A stretch of 64,000 nucleotides of DNA from an uncultured virus (IMG/VR IMGVR_UViG_3300025767_000006) (taxonomy: Duplodnaviria; Heunggongvirae; Uroviricota; Caudoviricetes). The stretch lies in IMG/VR virus record IMGVR_UViG_3300025767_000006, one strand, 5' to 3'. Every line of letters starts with the position of its first letter. The first letter of the stretch is position 1. Both the position numbers and the translations under genes were made by a program. Of this stretch, positions 44,543 to 54,066 are shown piece by piece. Below the pieces are notes generated by a model. It was not told the DNA's origin, made no database searches, and saw nothing but the letters and a program-made list of their open reading frames with translations.

Positions 44543-47032
44543 ATGTCTTTTTATACGTCCGTAGTTCGTTATGGTAATTCAATATTATATCGTGGTTATA
44601 GTTCAGATGGTAAAAAAATCTATAAGCGCGATAACGATTTTAAACCAGTATTTTATGTGCAGTCCCAAAAAGAAACTGGCTGGTCAACATTAAATGATCG
44701 GCCAGTTGCGCCTATTGAACTTGATAGTATGCGTGAAGCTAAAGAATGGCTTCAAATGAATGAACAAGTTGCAGGCCGATATATCTTTGGTAACAAAAAT
44801 TACTTGCAGCAATATATTACTCAAAAGTTCCCACGCGAAATTGAATTTAAGCGCGAGCTTATTGATGTAGGTACATTTGATATTGAAACAGAATATGAAG
44901 ATGGGTTTCCACATCCAAATGAAGCTTCTCAACGTATTCTTTCTATTACCTATAAATCCAGTAAAGATAATGTATATCGTGTATGGGCATATGGTGATTT
45001 TGATAGAGAAAAATCTCTTATTCAACCAGTTGCTTATTATCGATGTCGCGATGAAGTTAGTCTGCTTACAAAGTTTCTTGACTTTTGGGCTAGTGAATCG
45101 GTATGCCCAGATGTGATTACTGGTTGGAATGTTCGCTTTTTCGATGTTCCATATCTAATTAATCGTACAGCTAAAATTTTAGGTCCTGGAGCTATTAAAA
45201 GGTTTTCACCATGGGGTTTAGTTGACTATAGAGAAGTTACTCGTCGTGGTAAAGCTGAAGATACGTATGACATTAAGGGTATTAGTCAACTAGATTATCT
45301 AGAACTCTTTCAAAAGTTTGGTTATTCTTATGGTGCTCAAGAATCTTATAAACTAAACCATATTGCTAATGTTGTACTTGGTGATGAAAAACTTTCGTAC
45401 GAACAATCTGGTTCACTAAAAAATCTATATAAAGAAGATTTTCAACGTTATATTGATTATAATATGAAAGACGTTGAGTTAATTGAGCGCTTTGAAGATA
45501 AAATGGGTTTGATTACTCTTGCTATGACTATGGCATATAAGGGTGGTGTCAATTACGGTGATACAATGGGTACCACCGCTATTTGGGAATCAATCATTTA
45601 TCGTAAACTTCAACAAGAAAAAACAATTCCACCTTTAAATAAACCAGACACTGGTAAAACAAAGTTTGCTGGTGGATATGTAAAAGAGCCACAAGTGGGT
45701 GCGCATGACTGGGTTGTTTCTTTTGATTTAAATAGTCTATACCCGAACATTATTGTTCAGTGGAATATGTCACCCGAAACACTTATTGATCAATCAGAAA
45801 ACTCAGGTGTAGAGTACTATTTAAAATCAGAAAAAGTTATTCATGAAGGCACAGTTGCTGCTAATGGATCTACTTATCGTAAAGACAAAGATGGTGTTAT
45901 TCCTCGAATCATTGAAGACTATTATGACGAACGTCGTGCTATTAAGAATATGATGTTGGCAGCTGAATCAGACTATCAAAAAAATAAAACTAATGCTTTA
46001 GAAAAAGAGATCAATAAATTAAATAATCAGCAAATGGCTATTAAAATTCTTATGAACTCTCTTTATGGAGCTCTAGGCAATCAATGGTTTAAGTACTTTG
46101 ATATTCGTCTTGCTGAAGGTGTAACATTAACAGGGCAATTGGCTATTCAATGGGCTGAGATCGCTGTAAATAAAGCAATGAATGAAGTACTTAAGACTGA
46201 AGGTATTGATTATGTAATTGCAATTGATACAGATTCACTATATGTTAACTTTAGTTCACTTGTCAAAAACTTTAATCCAAAAAATCCAGTGCAATTTCTT
46301 GATAAGATTTGTAAAGAATTCTTTGAGCCTAAAATATCTGTTGCATATGACGCGCTATTTAATAAGATGAATTGCCATAAACCTCGTATGGAAATGGGTA
46401 GAGAAGTTATCGCTGACCGTGGTATATGGACAGCAAAGAAGCGCTACATTCTAAATGTACACAATAATGAAGGTGTACAATACGCTGAGCCTAAACTTAA
46501 GATCATGGGTATTGAAGCTATTAAATCCTCTACTCCAGAAGTCTGTCGTAATAAATTCAAAGATATCTTCAAAGTTATTATTTCAGGTGGTGAAGAAGAT
46601 ACTCAAGCTTTTATACGAGACTTTAAAAATACATTTAATAGCTTATCTCCTGAAAAAGTCGCATTTCCTCGATCTGTTTCTAATATTACCGAATGGGCAG
46701 ATCGGGAAAAACTATATAAGAAAGGTACGCCTATTCATGTGCGTGGATCGATCTTATATAATAAACAAATCAAAGACAATAAACTAAAGAATAAATATGA
46801 ATTGATAACAAATGGTAGTAGGATTTATTTCACATATATGAAAATGCCTAATGCTATTCAAGAAAATGTAATTGCTTTTCCAGATGTTTTACCATCTGAA
46901 TTACATTTAAATAAGTATGTAGATTATGATTTGCAGTTTTCAAAATCTTTTCTAGAACCATTAATACCAATATTGGATGCTGTTGGCTGGACACCAGAAC
47001 CAGTCGCAAGCTTAGAGGACTTTTTTGTATGA
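44543..47032 (+). CDS. gp43: Family B DNA polymerase gp43
   Basis: FDIET exonuclease, SFDLNSLYP, K..MNSLYG, IDTDS, KKRY. Confidence 0.97.
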   Translation: MSFYTSVVRYGNSILYRGYSSDGKKIYKRDNDFKPVFYVQSQKETGWSTLNDRPVAPIELDSMREAKEWLQMNEQVAGRYIFGNKNYLQQYITQKFPREIEFKRELIDVGTFDIETEYEDGFPHPNEASQRILSITYKSSKDNVYRVWAYGDFDREKSLIQPVAYYRCRDEVSLLTKFLDFWASESVCPDVITGWNVRFFDVPYLINRTAKILGPGAIKRFSPWGLVDYREVTRRGKAEDTYDIKGISQLDYLELFQKFGYSYGAQESYKLNHIANVVLGDEKLSYEQSGSLKNLYKEDFQRYIDYNMKDVELIERFEDKMGLITLAMTMAYKGGVNYGDTMGTTAIWESIIYRKLQQEKTIPPLNKPDTGKTKFAGGYVKEPQVGAHDWVVSFDLNSLYPNIIVQWNMSPETLIDQSENSGVEYYLKSEKVIHEGTVAANGSTYRKDKDGVIPRIIEDYYDERRAIKNMMLAAESDYQKNKTNALEKEINKLNNQQMAIKILMNSLYGALGNQWFKYFDIRLAEGVTLTGQLAIQWAEIAVNKAMNEVLKTEGIDYVIAIDTDSLYVNFSSLVKNFNPKNPVQFLDKICKEFFEPKISVAYDALFNKMNCHKPRMEMGREVIADRGIWTAKKRYILNVHNNEGVQYAEPKLKIMGIEAIKSSTPEVCRNKFKDIFKVIISGGEEDTQAFIRDFKNTFNSLSPEKVAFPRSVSNITEWADREKLYKKGTPIHVRGSILYNKQIKDNKLKNKYELITNGSRIYFTYMKMPNAIQENVIAFPDVLPSELHLNKYVDYDLQFSKSFLEPLIPILDAVGWTPEPVASLEDFFV

Positions 47033-47262
47033 TTACTTTTACATGGGAATGCCCAGAACTACATGAAGAATATACTGCTCAAAGAAAAATTACTTTTGAA
47101 TTAAAAGATGAAGCAACATTAGATGAAATGCTTGAAGCGTACACTGATTTCTTAAAGAGTTTGGGTTATCAGGTTCCTGAAAATAGTTGTTTACTTTTCG
47201 ATCAAGATGATGTACAATATACTAATAATGTAACTCCGCTTAAAAGAGGTGAAGATGAGTAA
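47029..47262 (+). CDS. Hypothetical protein
   Basis: ATGA overlap with gp43. Confidence 0.6.
   Translation: MITFTWECPELHEEYTAQRKITFELKDEATLDEMLEAYTDFLKSLGYQVPENSCLLFDQDDVQYTNNVTPLKRGEDE
47190..47218 (+). promoter_or_regulatory. Putative early/middle promoter
   Basis: (G)TTTACT-17 nt-TACAAT. Confidence 0.5.
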
Positions 47263-47671
47263 TGATTGGGTAAAAGATATTAATGATATGCATGTTAAGT
47301 TTGGTGTGCATGATTGGGTAGATAAGAATTTAGATAATAAAGAACTAATGTCTAAATTTTTGAAATTTCGTATGGCCTTTCTTGAAGAAGAATTGGCAGA
47401 AACTCAAAAAGCAGTAAATGAAGATAAAGATCCAGATGAAATTGTTGATGGTCTTATTGATCTATGCGTTGTTGCTATTGGCACACTAGATGCTTTTGGT
47501 GTGAATTCTTATCGTGCTTGGAATAGAGTCCATACTGCAAATATGGCTAAGACTCCAGGCGAAAAGAAAGAAAGACCAAATCCTTTGGGATTGCCTGATT
47601 TGATTAAGCCTGAAGGATGGGAGGCACCTACGCATGTCGACAACATCGGCAATATCACTAACGCTCTTTAA
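47249..47671 (+). CDS. MazG-like all-alpha NTP pyrophosphohydrolase (candidate dCTPase/dUTPase)
   Basis: LEEELAE, EIVDGLID, V..ANM.K, DLIKPEGW..P. Confidence 0.8.
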   Translation: MKMSNDWVKDINDMHVKFGVHDWVDKNLDNKELMSKFLKFRMAFLEEELAETQKAVNEDKDPDEIVDGLIDLCVVAIGTLDAFGVNSYRAWNRVHTANMAKTPGEKKERPNPLGLPDLIKPEGWEAPTHVDNIGNITNAL

Positions 47672-48575
47672 TAGCATTTTTGATAATAAAACTGAAAAAC
47701 GGGTTGACTTAAAAGATTTTGATTCATTTGAAAGAGTCTTATTTGATCTTTCAGAAAGAAAATTAGCAACTAAAAAAGATGCAGAACTTATGTCTCCAGC
47801 CACCTATGTGGTGGGGACTACCCGAGCAAATGATAATGTATTAGAGTGGAGTGGCTGGTGTGCAGTTGATGTCGATGAATTTGTATGCGATGGAGATTTA
47901 AAAGATGAGTTATACAGTAGATTTCCTAATTTTCGGTTTATTTGCTATAGTACTGCTAGCAGCACCATTGATTTTCCGAAGTTCCGTCTTGTCTTTCCAC
48001 TTACGAAAGCTGTGCGAGGAGATCGAATCAAAAAATTTTGGTATGCACTACAAACAGAGCTCGGAAATCTCGGAGATAGACAAACTAAAGATTTATCACG
48101 GATGTATTACATCCCTGCGAACTACGCTGGTGCTAACAATTTTATTTTCAATAGTGATGCTCGTGAACCTATTGACCCTGATGAATTAATCTTTAAACAT
48201 CCTATGCCAGAAAAATCTTCATTGAATAATTTCTTTGATAGATTACCAGAGTCTATGCAACAACAAATTGTTGAGCATCGTAAAGCTAAATTAGATGCTA
48301 GTTTTACTTGGTCATCTTACCATGATTGCCCATTCTGGCCAAAAAATCTAGCTGCAGAATATTCTAGCATAAGTAGAACTGGTTGGTATCATAAAATGTA
48401 CCAGATTATGGTAGCAGTTGCTGGGCATGCGATTGATAAGAGATATGCTATTACGTCTGATGAAGTATCTCAGCTCTGTCGCCAATTTGATGAAGAAACT
48501 GGTAATTGGTATAAAAACAGACCAATGGACAAAGAAGCTGATCGTGCCATTGAATATGTGTATAAAAATATGTGA
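47634..48575 (+). CDS. Primase-polymerase (AEP superfamily)-like protein
   Basis: AVDVD, YSTASS, KFRLVFPL, D..TKD.SR.YY.P. Confidence 0.65.
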   Translation: MSTTSAISLTLFNSIFDNKTEKRVDLKDFDSFERVLFDLSERKLATKKDAELMSPATYVVGTTRANDNVLEWSGWCAVDVDEFVCDGDLKDELYSRFPNFRFICYSTASSTIDFPKFRLVFPLTKAVRGDRIKKFWYALQTELGNLGDRQTKDLSRMYYIPANYAGANNFIFNSDAREPIDPDELIFKHPMPEKSSLNNFFDRLPESMQQQIVEHRKAKLDASFTWSSYHDCPFWPKNLAAEYSSISRTGWYHKMYQIMVAVAGHAIDKRYAITSDEVSQLCRQFDEETGNWYKNRPMDKEADRAIEYVYKNM

Positions 48576-48793
48576 TGAGTAATATATACGATTTTGAATT
48601 TTATCAGAAGAAAAAAGAAGATAAAAAGATCGATGATAGTACTAGAGAACTAATAGATCTTCTTGATTCTTTATGCGCCATTGAAGGTGAAACATTTCAA
48701 GTTGCTGTTGAAGACGAAGCTGGCAATAGAACTATGGTAGATATAAATGAGTTAAAAAATTCGTTTATAGTCTCTCCAGATAATGATAATTAA
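48572..48793 (+). CDS. Hypothetical protein
   Basis: ORF coupled to upstream gene. Confidence 0.55.
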   Translation: MMSNIYDFEFYQKKKEDKKIDDSTRELIDLLDSLCAIEGETFQVAVEDEAGNRTMVDINELKNSFIVSPDNDN

Positions 48794-48878
48794 ATGCACT
48801 TTTTTTGAAATTAAGTGCATTTTTTTGTTTACAAACCCGACTTTTCATGGTATAATATACTTATAAAATGAAAAAAGG
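48791..48878 (+). promoter_or_regulatory. Early promoter cassette with inverted repeat, copy 1
   Basis: aaatgcactt..aagtgcattt inverted repeat, TTTACA(48828)-17-TATAAT(48851); near-identical to 57676..57763. Confidence 0.85.
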
Positions 48879-48894
48879 TAATGAGGAGTCTACC

Positions 48895-49068
48895 ATGATT
48901 GAATTTAAAGCTCGTGAAATCCCACATACAAATTGGCAAGAGATTGTTGCTTATTGTCAGAGTCTATCTTCAGATCTTCCTACTGAAGCTGTAGTGTATA
49001 AAGTTGCAAAAGATCTTGGATATATTATTGATCCAATCGATGCTGGTTTAGCTTCAATCAAGTTTTAA
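48895..49068 (+). CDS. Hypothetical early protein
   Basis: GAGGAG RBS before ATG 48895. Confidence 0.6.
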   Translation: MIEFKAREIPHTNWQEIVAYCQSLSSDLPTEAVVYKVAKDLGYIIDPIDAGLASIKF

Positions 49069-49081
49069 GGGAGATCATATT

Positions 49082-49291
49082 ATGAATGTTGTTGATACTC
49101 GTCATGGTTATCCTTATGATCGTGGAATGGCTGATAGTTATTATCGCCGCCCATATAACCCGCACTACTATAAAGATGGAACATATAATGGTCAGCCGGT
49201 TGAATGTCGCGACATGTCAGCTGCTGAAATTGTAGCTTATACTAAAGGCTTTGAAGAAAACGAAGCTGCTGGAAATCATAAGGAGTGGTAA
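49082..49291 (+). CDS. Hypothetical early protein
   Basis: GGGAG RBS; HG.PYDRG.ADSYY.R...PHY. Confidence 0.7.
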   Translation: MNVVDTRHGYPYDRGMADSYYRRPYNPHYYKDGTYNGQPVECRDMSAAEIVAYTKGFEENEAAGNHKEW

Positions 49292-49293
49292 TA

Positions 49294-49899
49294 ATGAATA
49301 CGTCAGGTTTTTATACAGATCTTATTGAAGGCATCCAACAAGTTGCTCCACTAGTAGCTGCTCGATGGAATCAAGAAAAACTACCAGCTGCAAAAGCTTG
49401 GTATGGTAAAGAACTATACGAAGTTCTTGATGAAGTAGATTCTAGCCAAAGATCTGCAGAACGCAGTAAGCAAGTAAATATTCCATTGAATACTCTATTC
49501 ATCGATTCATTGAAAGAAATTGGTATAGATATTTACGAAGAAATGGCTGATGGCTATGATCATGTCTACAAAGGTGTTCCTATTGAAGATAAGAATGCTT
49601 GTTCACAAGATCCATCAAACCGTCAGTGGGTCGGTAATAATAATGGTGGTAAGAAAGTTGATGTCCATCTATTAAAAAGATTTCAATTCGATGATAAAAT
49701 GCGTATTATTGGTATGCATGTCTCTATTGTAGATCTTTCTTTAACCACACAAAAATGGAAGGATACTGGTGGTGCGCGCAGCACTTTATCCTTTACAAGA
49801 GCTGATAAACCTGGTATAATTACTGTATTAGGTGAATGGACTGAAAAGCGTATTAATATTTTTCCAACATGGGAGTCTGTAGATGAAGGAATCTGTTAA
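49294..49899 (+). CDS. Putative PD-(D/E)xK endonuclease
   Basis: GYD......PIEDK motif; restriction-enzyme-like size. Confidence 0.5.
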   Translation: MNTSGFYTDLIEGIQQVAPLVAARWNQEKLPAAKAWYGKELYEVLDEVDSSQRSAERSKQVNIPLNTLFIDSLKEIGIDIYEEMADGYDHVYKGVPIEDKNACSQDPSNRQWVGNNNGGKKVDVHLLKRFQFDDKMRIIGMHVSIVDLSLTTQKWKDTGGARSTLSFTRADKPGIITVLGEWTEKRINIFPTWESVDEGIC

Positions 49900-50260
49900 A
49901 GTTTTGCAAGAATGCGCAGAGCTGCAAACTAAAAAATCTCAAGATTATCAAAATGAGAATTCGAATATTGTTCAAGCAATGCATTATCGTCGTGGCGTAG
50001 ATACTATCCATGATATGATTTCACAAAAACTTATTCGTGCTCAATCGCTTCTTGAAGCTGGTGGTGATCCACAATTTGAATCTCTTGAAGACACATATAA
50101 AGATATGATTAATTATTGTTCCTTTGCTGTATCATATATTCGTGGTAAGATGGAAGGTCAAAATGCTAATCATAATATGTTTAATAAACCAAAATCTGCA
50201 ACTGCAACAATCAAGGTGAGTAATTCTGATGAGAGTGGGAATAACAGCGTCGACGTTTGA
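49883..50260 (+). CDS. Nucleotide-modification-associated alpha-helical protein (DUF1599-like)
   Basis: KK..DY, K..R, ESLEDT..D.INY. Confidence 0.7.
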   Translation: MKESVKVLQECAELQTKKSQDYQNENSNIVQAMHYRRGVDTIHDMISQKLIRAQSLLEAGGDPQFESLEDTYKDMINYCSFAVSYIRGKMEGQNANHNMFNKPKSATATIKVSNSDESGNNSVDV

Positions 50261-50642
50261 TTTGCTTCATGCTGGTCATGTAGAAATGTTACGTGAAGCA
50301 AAGCAACAATGCGACTATCTAATTGCATGTTTACAAATTGATCCGAGTATTGATCGTAAAGAAAAAAATCCACCCGTTCAAACGATAGTGGAAAGATATA
50401 CTCAACTCGAAGCAGTAAAATATGTGGATGAAGTTATCCCATATTTACACGAATCAGATCTTGAAGATATTTTGCAAATGAGGGATGTACAAATTCGCAT
50501 TCTTGGTGTAGAATATAAAGATACAGATTTCACTGGTAGAGATATTTGTAAACAACGGGATATCATACTATATTTTAATAAGCGTGATCATAGATTTTCA
50601 ACAAGTGGATTGAGGGAAAGAGTAACCAATGCTAAAAACTGA
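50229..50642 (+). CDS. Cytidylyltransferase (TagD/glycerol-3-phosphate type)
   Basis: STFDLLHAGH (HxGH), ER..QL.A..YVDEV, R.H.FSTS.LR. Confidence 0.88.
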   Translation: MRVGITASTFDLLHAGHVEMLREAKQQCDYLIACLQIDPSIDRKEKNPPVQTIVERYTQLEAVKYVDEVIPYLHESDLEDILQMRDVQIRILGVEYKDTDFTGRDICKQRDIILYFNKRDHRFSTSGLRERVTNAKN

Positions 50643-51351
50643 AGATATTAGAGATACTTTTATTTACGCTTTAGATAATGAAAAGTTTCAAATTGATCGC
50701 ACCGGTTGTAAAATGATTGAAATCATTGGTGCTAGTTTTGAAGCTGATCAACCATATATTTTTGGTACTCCTAATGATGCATACATTAAATCAGAAATTG
50801 ATTGGTATGAGTCTATGAGCACTAACGTAAATGATATCCAGTATCCAAATGGAGTACCTGCTGCATGGAAACACAGCGCAAATAAACATGGTGAAACAAA
50901 TTCTAACTATGGTTATCTAATTTATTCTGATAAATATTATAACCAGTATGGACAAGTTCTTGACGAATTGTTAGCAAATCAAGAAACTACTCGTCGAGCA
51001 ACTATGGTCTATACTCGCCCGTCAATTTGGGAAGAATATAAAGAACATGATAAAAATGACTTTATTTGTACAAACACTGTTTCATATTATCTAAGACCAG
51101 AAGTTGGAGATGTTGAAAAAAACTTTGAATATGAATTACACGCTGTTGTCCAAATGAGATCAAATGATGTTGTGTTTGGTTATAAAAATGATTATGCTTG
51201 GCAAAAGTATGTATTGGATCATTTAGTAGATGATTTTAATTCACTAAGTACTGATCTACAAGCTACAGCTGGTAGTATTATTTGGCAAGTACAAAATCTC
51301 CACGTGTATTCTCGCCACTTTACATTAGTAGATCCTAACTGGAAAGAGTGA
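50629..51351 (+). CDS. gp42: dCMP hydroxymethylase (T4 gp42-like)
   Basis: NSNYG, DFICT catalytic Cys, MRSNDVVFGYKNDYAWQKYVL, LHVYSRHF; Asp at the dCMP-specificity position. Confidence 0.88.
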   Translation: MLKTEDIRDTFIYALDNEKFQIDRTGCKMIEIIGASFEADQPYIFGTPNDAYIKSEIDWYESMSTNVNDIQYPNGVPAAWKHSANKHGETNSNYGYLIYSDKYYNQYGQVLDELLANQETTRRATMVYTRPSIWEEYKEHDKNDFICTNTVSYYLRPEVGDVEKNFEYELHAVVQMRSNDVVFGYKNDYAWQKYVLDHLVDDFNSLSTDLQATAGSIIWQVQNLHVYSRHFTLVDPNWKE

Positions 51352-51352
51352 T

Positions 51353-51799
51353 TTGTATATGGGATTAGATAAGTGGGATCAAAGATATTTAAAACTTGCT
51401 GAAGAAGTAGCAAGTTGGTCGAAAGACCCGTCACGCAAAATTGGTGCTGTGGCGGTAGGAGCCAAAGGTCAAGTATTAGCCCAAGGCTTTAATGGTTTTC
51501 CTCGAGGGATTGATGATAACGACGAACGTTATAATGATCGCGAAAGGAAATACGAGCTGGTAGTTCACGCTGAAATGAACGTAATTTATAATGCAGGATA
51601 TAATGGAGTATCTTTAGATAATGCTACATTATATGTCACTGGACTACCAGTATGTTCAGAATGCGCAAAGGGTATTATTCAAGTTGGTGTAAAACGTGTT
51701 GTTATGCGCAACATGGAAATACCACCAGTTTGGGAAGTATCTTGGCGCAAAACTAAGGAGATGTTTGATGAGACTGGTATCAAATACGAATTCATTTGA
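51353..51799 (+). CDS. cd: dCMP deaminase
   Basis: SKDPS, GFNGFPRG, HAE.N, PVCSEC. Confidence 0.93.
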   Translation: MYMGLDKWDQRYLKLAEEVASWSKDPSRKIGAVAVGAKGQVLAQGFNGFPRGIDDNDERYNDRERKYELVVHAEMNVIYNAGYNGVSLDNATLYVTGLPVCSECAKGIIQVGVKRVVMRNMEIPPVWEVSWRKTKEMFDETGIKYEFI

Positions 51800-51824
51800 A
51801 AAAGAAACAAAGGTGTTACCCATC

Positions 51825-51953
51825 ATGGAAACAAAAACAACTAATGAAGATTTATTTTTACAATTACAGCAGCTGTCGCAACGCGTTAAACAATTAGAAA
51901 TTGATTTAGCTTGGGCCACAAAATCAGCTGGTCAATCTGAAAACGTCAACTAA
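51825..51953 (+). CDS. Small hypothetical coiled-coil protein
   Basis: 3' part of track ORF 51696..51953; start uncertain. Confidence 0.35.
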   Translation: METKTTNEDLFLQLQQLSQRVKQLEIDLAWATKSAGQSENVN

Positions 51954-51960
51954 GGGAACC

Positions 51961-51995
51961 GGGTTGAGGAGATTCTACGCTCCTCAACCCATTTT
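51961..51995 (+). terminator. Stem-loop, probable terminator
   Basis: gggttgaggag/ctcctcaaccc 11-bp stem followed by atttt. Confidence 0.65.
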
Positions 51996-52009
51996 GAAAG
52001 AATTATATT

Positions 52010-52822
52010 ATGATCGATTGCTTTATTATCCCAACTCTTGGTAGAGTCAATAAACAAATTACCTATAATAACCTACCAGAAGAATATCAAAATAAAACAT
52101 TCTTTGTCGTACAAGCTCATGAATTTGATGAAATGGTTGAGATCTATGGCAATAAAGTTTTAAAGCTTCCAGAAGAAATTAATAGGATTGCTCCAACTCG
52201 AGAATGGATCTTTAACGAATTTAAAAATACTCGTCATATGGTATTAGATGATGACTTAGACTTTGTTGTAAAAGAACCAAATCCGGGTGAAGGAACCAAA
52301 TGGCTAAGTCGTAAATTTACTCGTCAAGACTTTGATGATGCATTTAATCTAATAAATGATTGGATGGATGAAGGAATTATCTATGGTGGATTCTTACCTG
52401 CATGGGTTATCCCAGATGTAAATCAATGGCCAATTCGTGAATGCCAGCGCATTATGACTAATGTTTTTTATGACGGTCCAAATGTGCCAACTGATATTGA
52501 ATGGAATCGCGTTGCTGCAGCAGAAGATTTTGATGTAAATTTACAACTTCTAACTCGTGGGTTTAAAAATAGAATTAGTGCTAAGTATATGGTAACATGT
52601 TCAGAAACAAATGCTGAAGGTGGTTGTTCTACATGGCGCACACTTGAAGTACATAACGAAGCTCAACGCCAATTAGCTTCTTTATGGCCTGAATATATAA
52701 AGGTAAAAGAAAAGTTAGTTCCATCTGGTCCATGGAAAGGTCAGATTAAATTAGCTACTACTATTCAACATAAAAAAGCTTATTTGTCAAGTCAAACAAA
52801 TAGCTTAGAGGAATTTTTTTAA
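52010..52822 (+). CDS. GT-A glycosyltransferase of the DNA-modification-associated type
   Basis: IIPTLGR, TR.WI, VLDDD, EDFD..LQLL..G, GGCS. Confidence 0.75.
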   Translation: MIDCFIIPTLGRVNKQITYNNLPEEYQNKTFFVVQAHEFDEMVEIYGNKVLKLPEEINRIAPTREWIFNEFKNTRHMVLDDDLDFVVKEPNPGEGTKWLSRKFTRQDFDDAFNLINDWMDEGIIYGGFLPAWVIPDVNQWPIRECQRIMTNVFYDGPNVPTDIEWNRVAAAEDFDVNLQLLTRGFKNRISAKYMVTCSETNAEGGCSTWRTLEVHNEAQRQLASLWPEYIKVKEKLVPSGPWKGQIKLATTIQHKKAYLSSQTNSLEEFF

Positions 52823-52823
52823 T

Positions 52824-54029
52824 ATGAATTATGCGAGTATAGTACCACTTATTGGCGGTGAAACTATAGCAATGCAACAAGCATTTGGAACAAAGCCGGA
52901 GTATATTTTAAGCTATGAAGTTTTTTCAAACAACGACAAACACCTCCTCGAATACTACGGAGGAACAGTACCATACACACTCCTTGACAATGATACTTCA
53001 AAGCTGGGTAGCGCTCATGGCGTTGATGTTGTTAACACCGTTTGCCCTTGCGCTGGCCTTAGCAGCCTTAGTCCTTCTTCCGCTTCTGATAGCCCTACAA
53101 ATGACTGGATGTTACATACATCACGTCTTGTGCTTGAGCATATTAAACCTACAGTTTTTTGGGGGGAAAATGCACCGCGCTTGGCAAGCAAAATGGGATC
53201 GCCGATCGTCTCAAAACTCAGAGCAATTGGAACTGAATTTGGATATTCCTTCTCAATCTTCAAAACTAAGTCGCTTCTTCATGGCCTTTCGCAAGTAAGA
53301 GATAGAACATTTTATTTTTTCTGGAAGGGCGATAAAGTCCCTGTTTTTGAATATATAAAGAGGGACCACGAAAAAATCGAGGATACGATACGTTCCGTGA
53401 AACGGGATCCTAATGATCCAATGAGCCAAATCCTCACAAATTCTCGTGTGCCGTCTGATAATCCGTTTTATAAGTACGTCCTTCAAGAAATAGAAGGAGG
53501 TATTACTCATGCGGAATTTGCAAATAAGATTGAAAAAACCACGAATCCATTAGACTATATTGAGGCACATAAGATCTCATATTTAGATGTAGGTAAATGG
53601 ATGAAAGCTCATAACTATGAGCGTGAAGAAGCCAAGTGCATTCGTATGTACGATAAACTTGCGGCTGGTGGTAATATCATGAGAAAGAATACCGAGATCC
53701 CTAAGGATTATATTGGTGCTTTTGTTGGCCATATGCCAACGTCATTAACTCATCCTGATGAAGATCGATACCTAACTATTCGTGAATGTTTGGCAATTAT
53801 GAAATTGCCTAATGATTTTCAGCTTCATGGTGGTTTATCAAACTTAAATCACATTTGCCAAAACGTACCAGTTTCTACAGCAAAAGATATGGCTATGGAA
53901 GTAAAGTCTTTTATTGAGGGTAGATCTCATAATAAAATGCTTGATACTAATTTTCTTATTCAAGATAATAAAAGTCAAACACTACAATATGAAAATAATG
54001 GTTTACAATTAGATGAATTTATGGTATAA
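52824..54029 (+). CDS. DNA cytosine-C5 methyltransferase-fold protein with atypical SAM motifs
   Basis: CPCAGLS (IV), GENAP (VI), QVRDR (VIII), RYLTIRE (IX); motif I reads IVPLIGG, motif X reads CQNVP. Confidence 0.75.
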   Translation: MNYASIVPLIGGETIAMQQAFGTKPEYILSYEVFSNNDKHLLEYYGGTVPYTLLDNDTSKLGSAHGVDVVNTVCPCAGLSSLSPSSASDSPTNDWMLHTSRLVLEHIKPTVFWGENAPRLASKMGSPIVSKLRAIGTEFGYSFSIFKTKSLLHGLSQVRDRTFYFFWKGDKVPVFEYIKRDHEKIEDTIRSVKRDPNDPMSQILTNSRVPSDNPFYKYVLQEIEGGITHAEFANKIEKTTNPLDYIEAHKISYLDVGKWMKAHNYEREEAKCIRMYDKLAAGGNIMRKNTEIPKDYIGAFVGHMPTSLTHPDEDRYLTIRECLAIMKLPNDFQLHGGLSNLNHICQNVPVSTAKDMAMEVKSFIEGRSHNKMLDTNFLIQDNKSQTLQYENNGLQLDEFMV

Positions 54030-54030
54030 T
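54002..54030 (+). promoter_or_regulatory. Early/middle promoter for uvsX
   Basis: (G)TTTACA-17 nt-TATAAT. Confidence 0.75.
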
Positions 54031-54066
54031 ATAACTTAATTAATCAAAAGGAAATAGGAGTACTAT

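Noticed and set aside
23747..47032. Introns, inteins or homing endonucleases in gp17, gp20, gp23, uvsW or gp43
   Set aside because: All are uninterrupted and of ordinary length
48868..48894. MKKG N-termini at 48868 and 57753 as a shared protein leader
   Set aside because: These ATGs lie within the repeated promoter cassette; better RBS-ATG pairs are at 48895 and 57774
50629..51351. Calling this gene thymidylate synthase ThyA
   Set aside because: It has Asp rather than Asn at the specificity position and T4 gp42-like motifs; thyX is present separately
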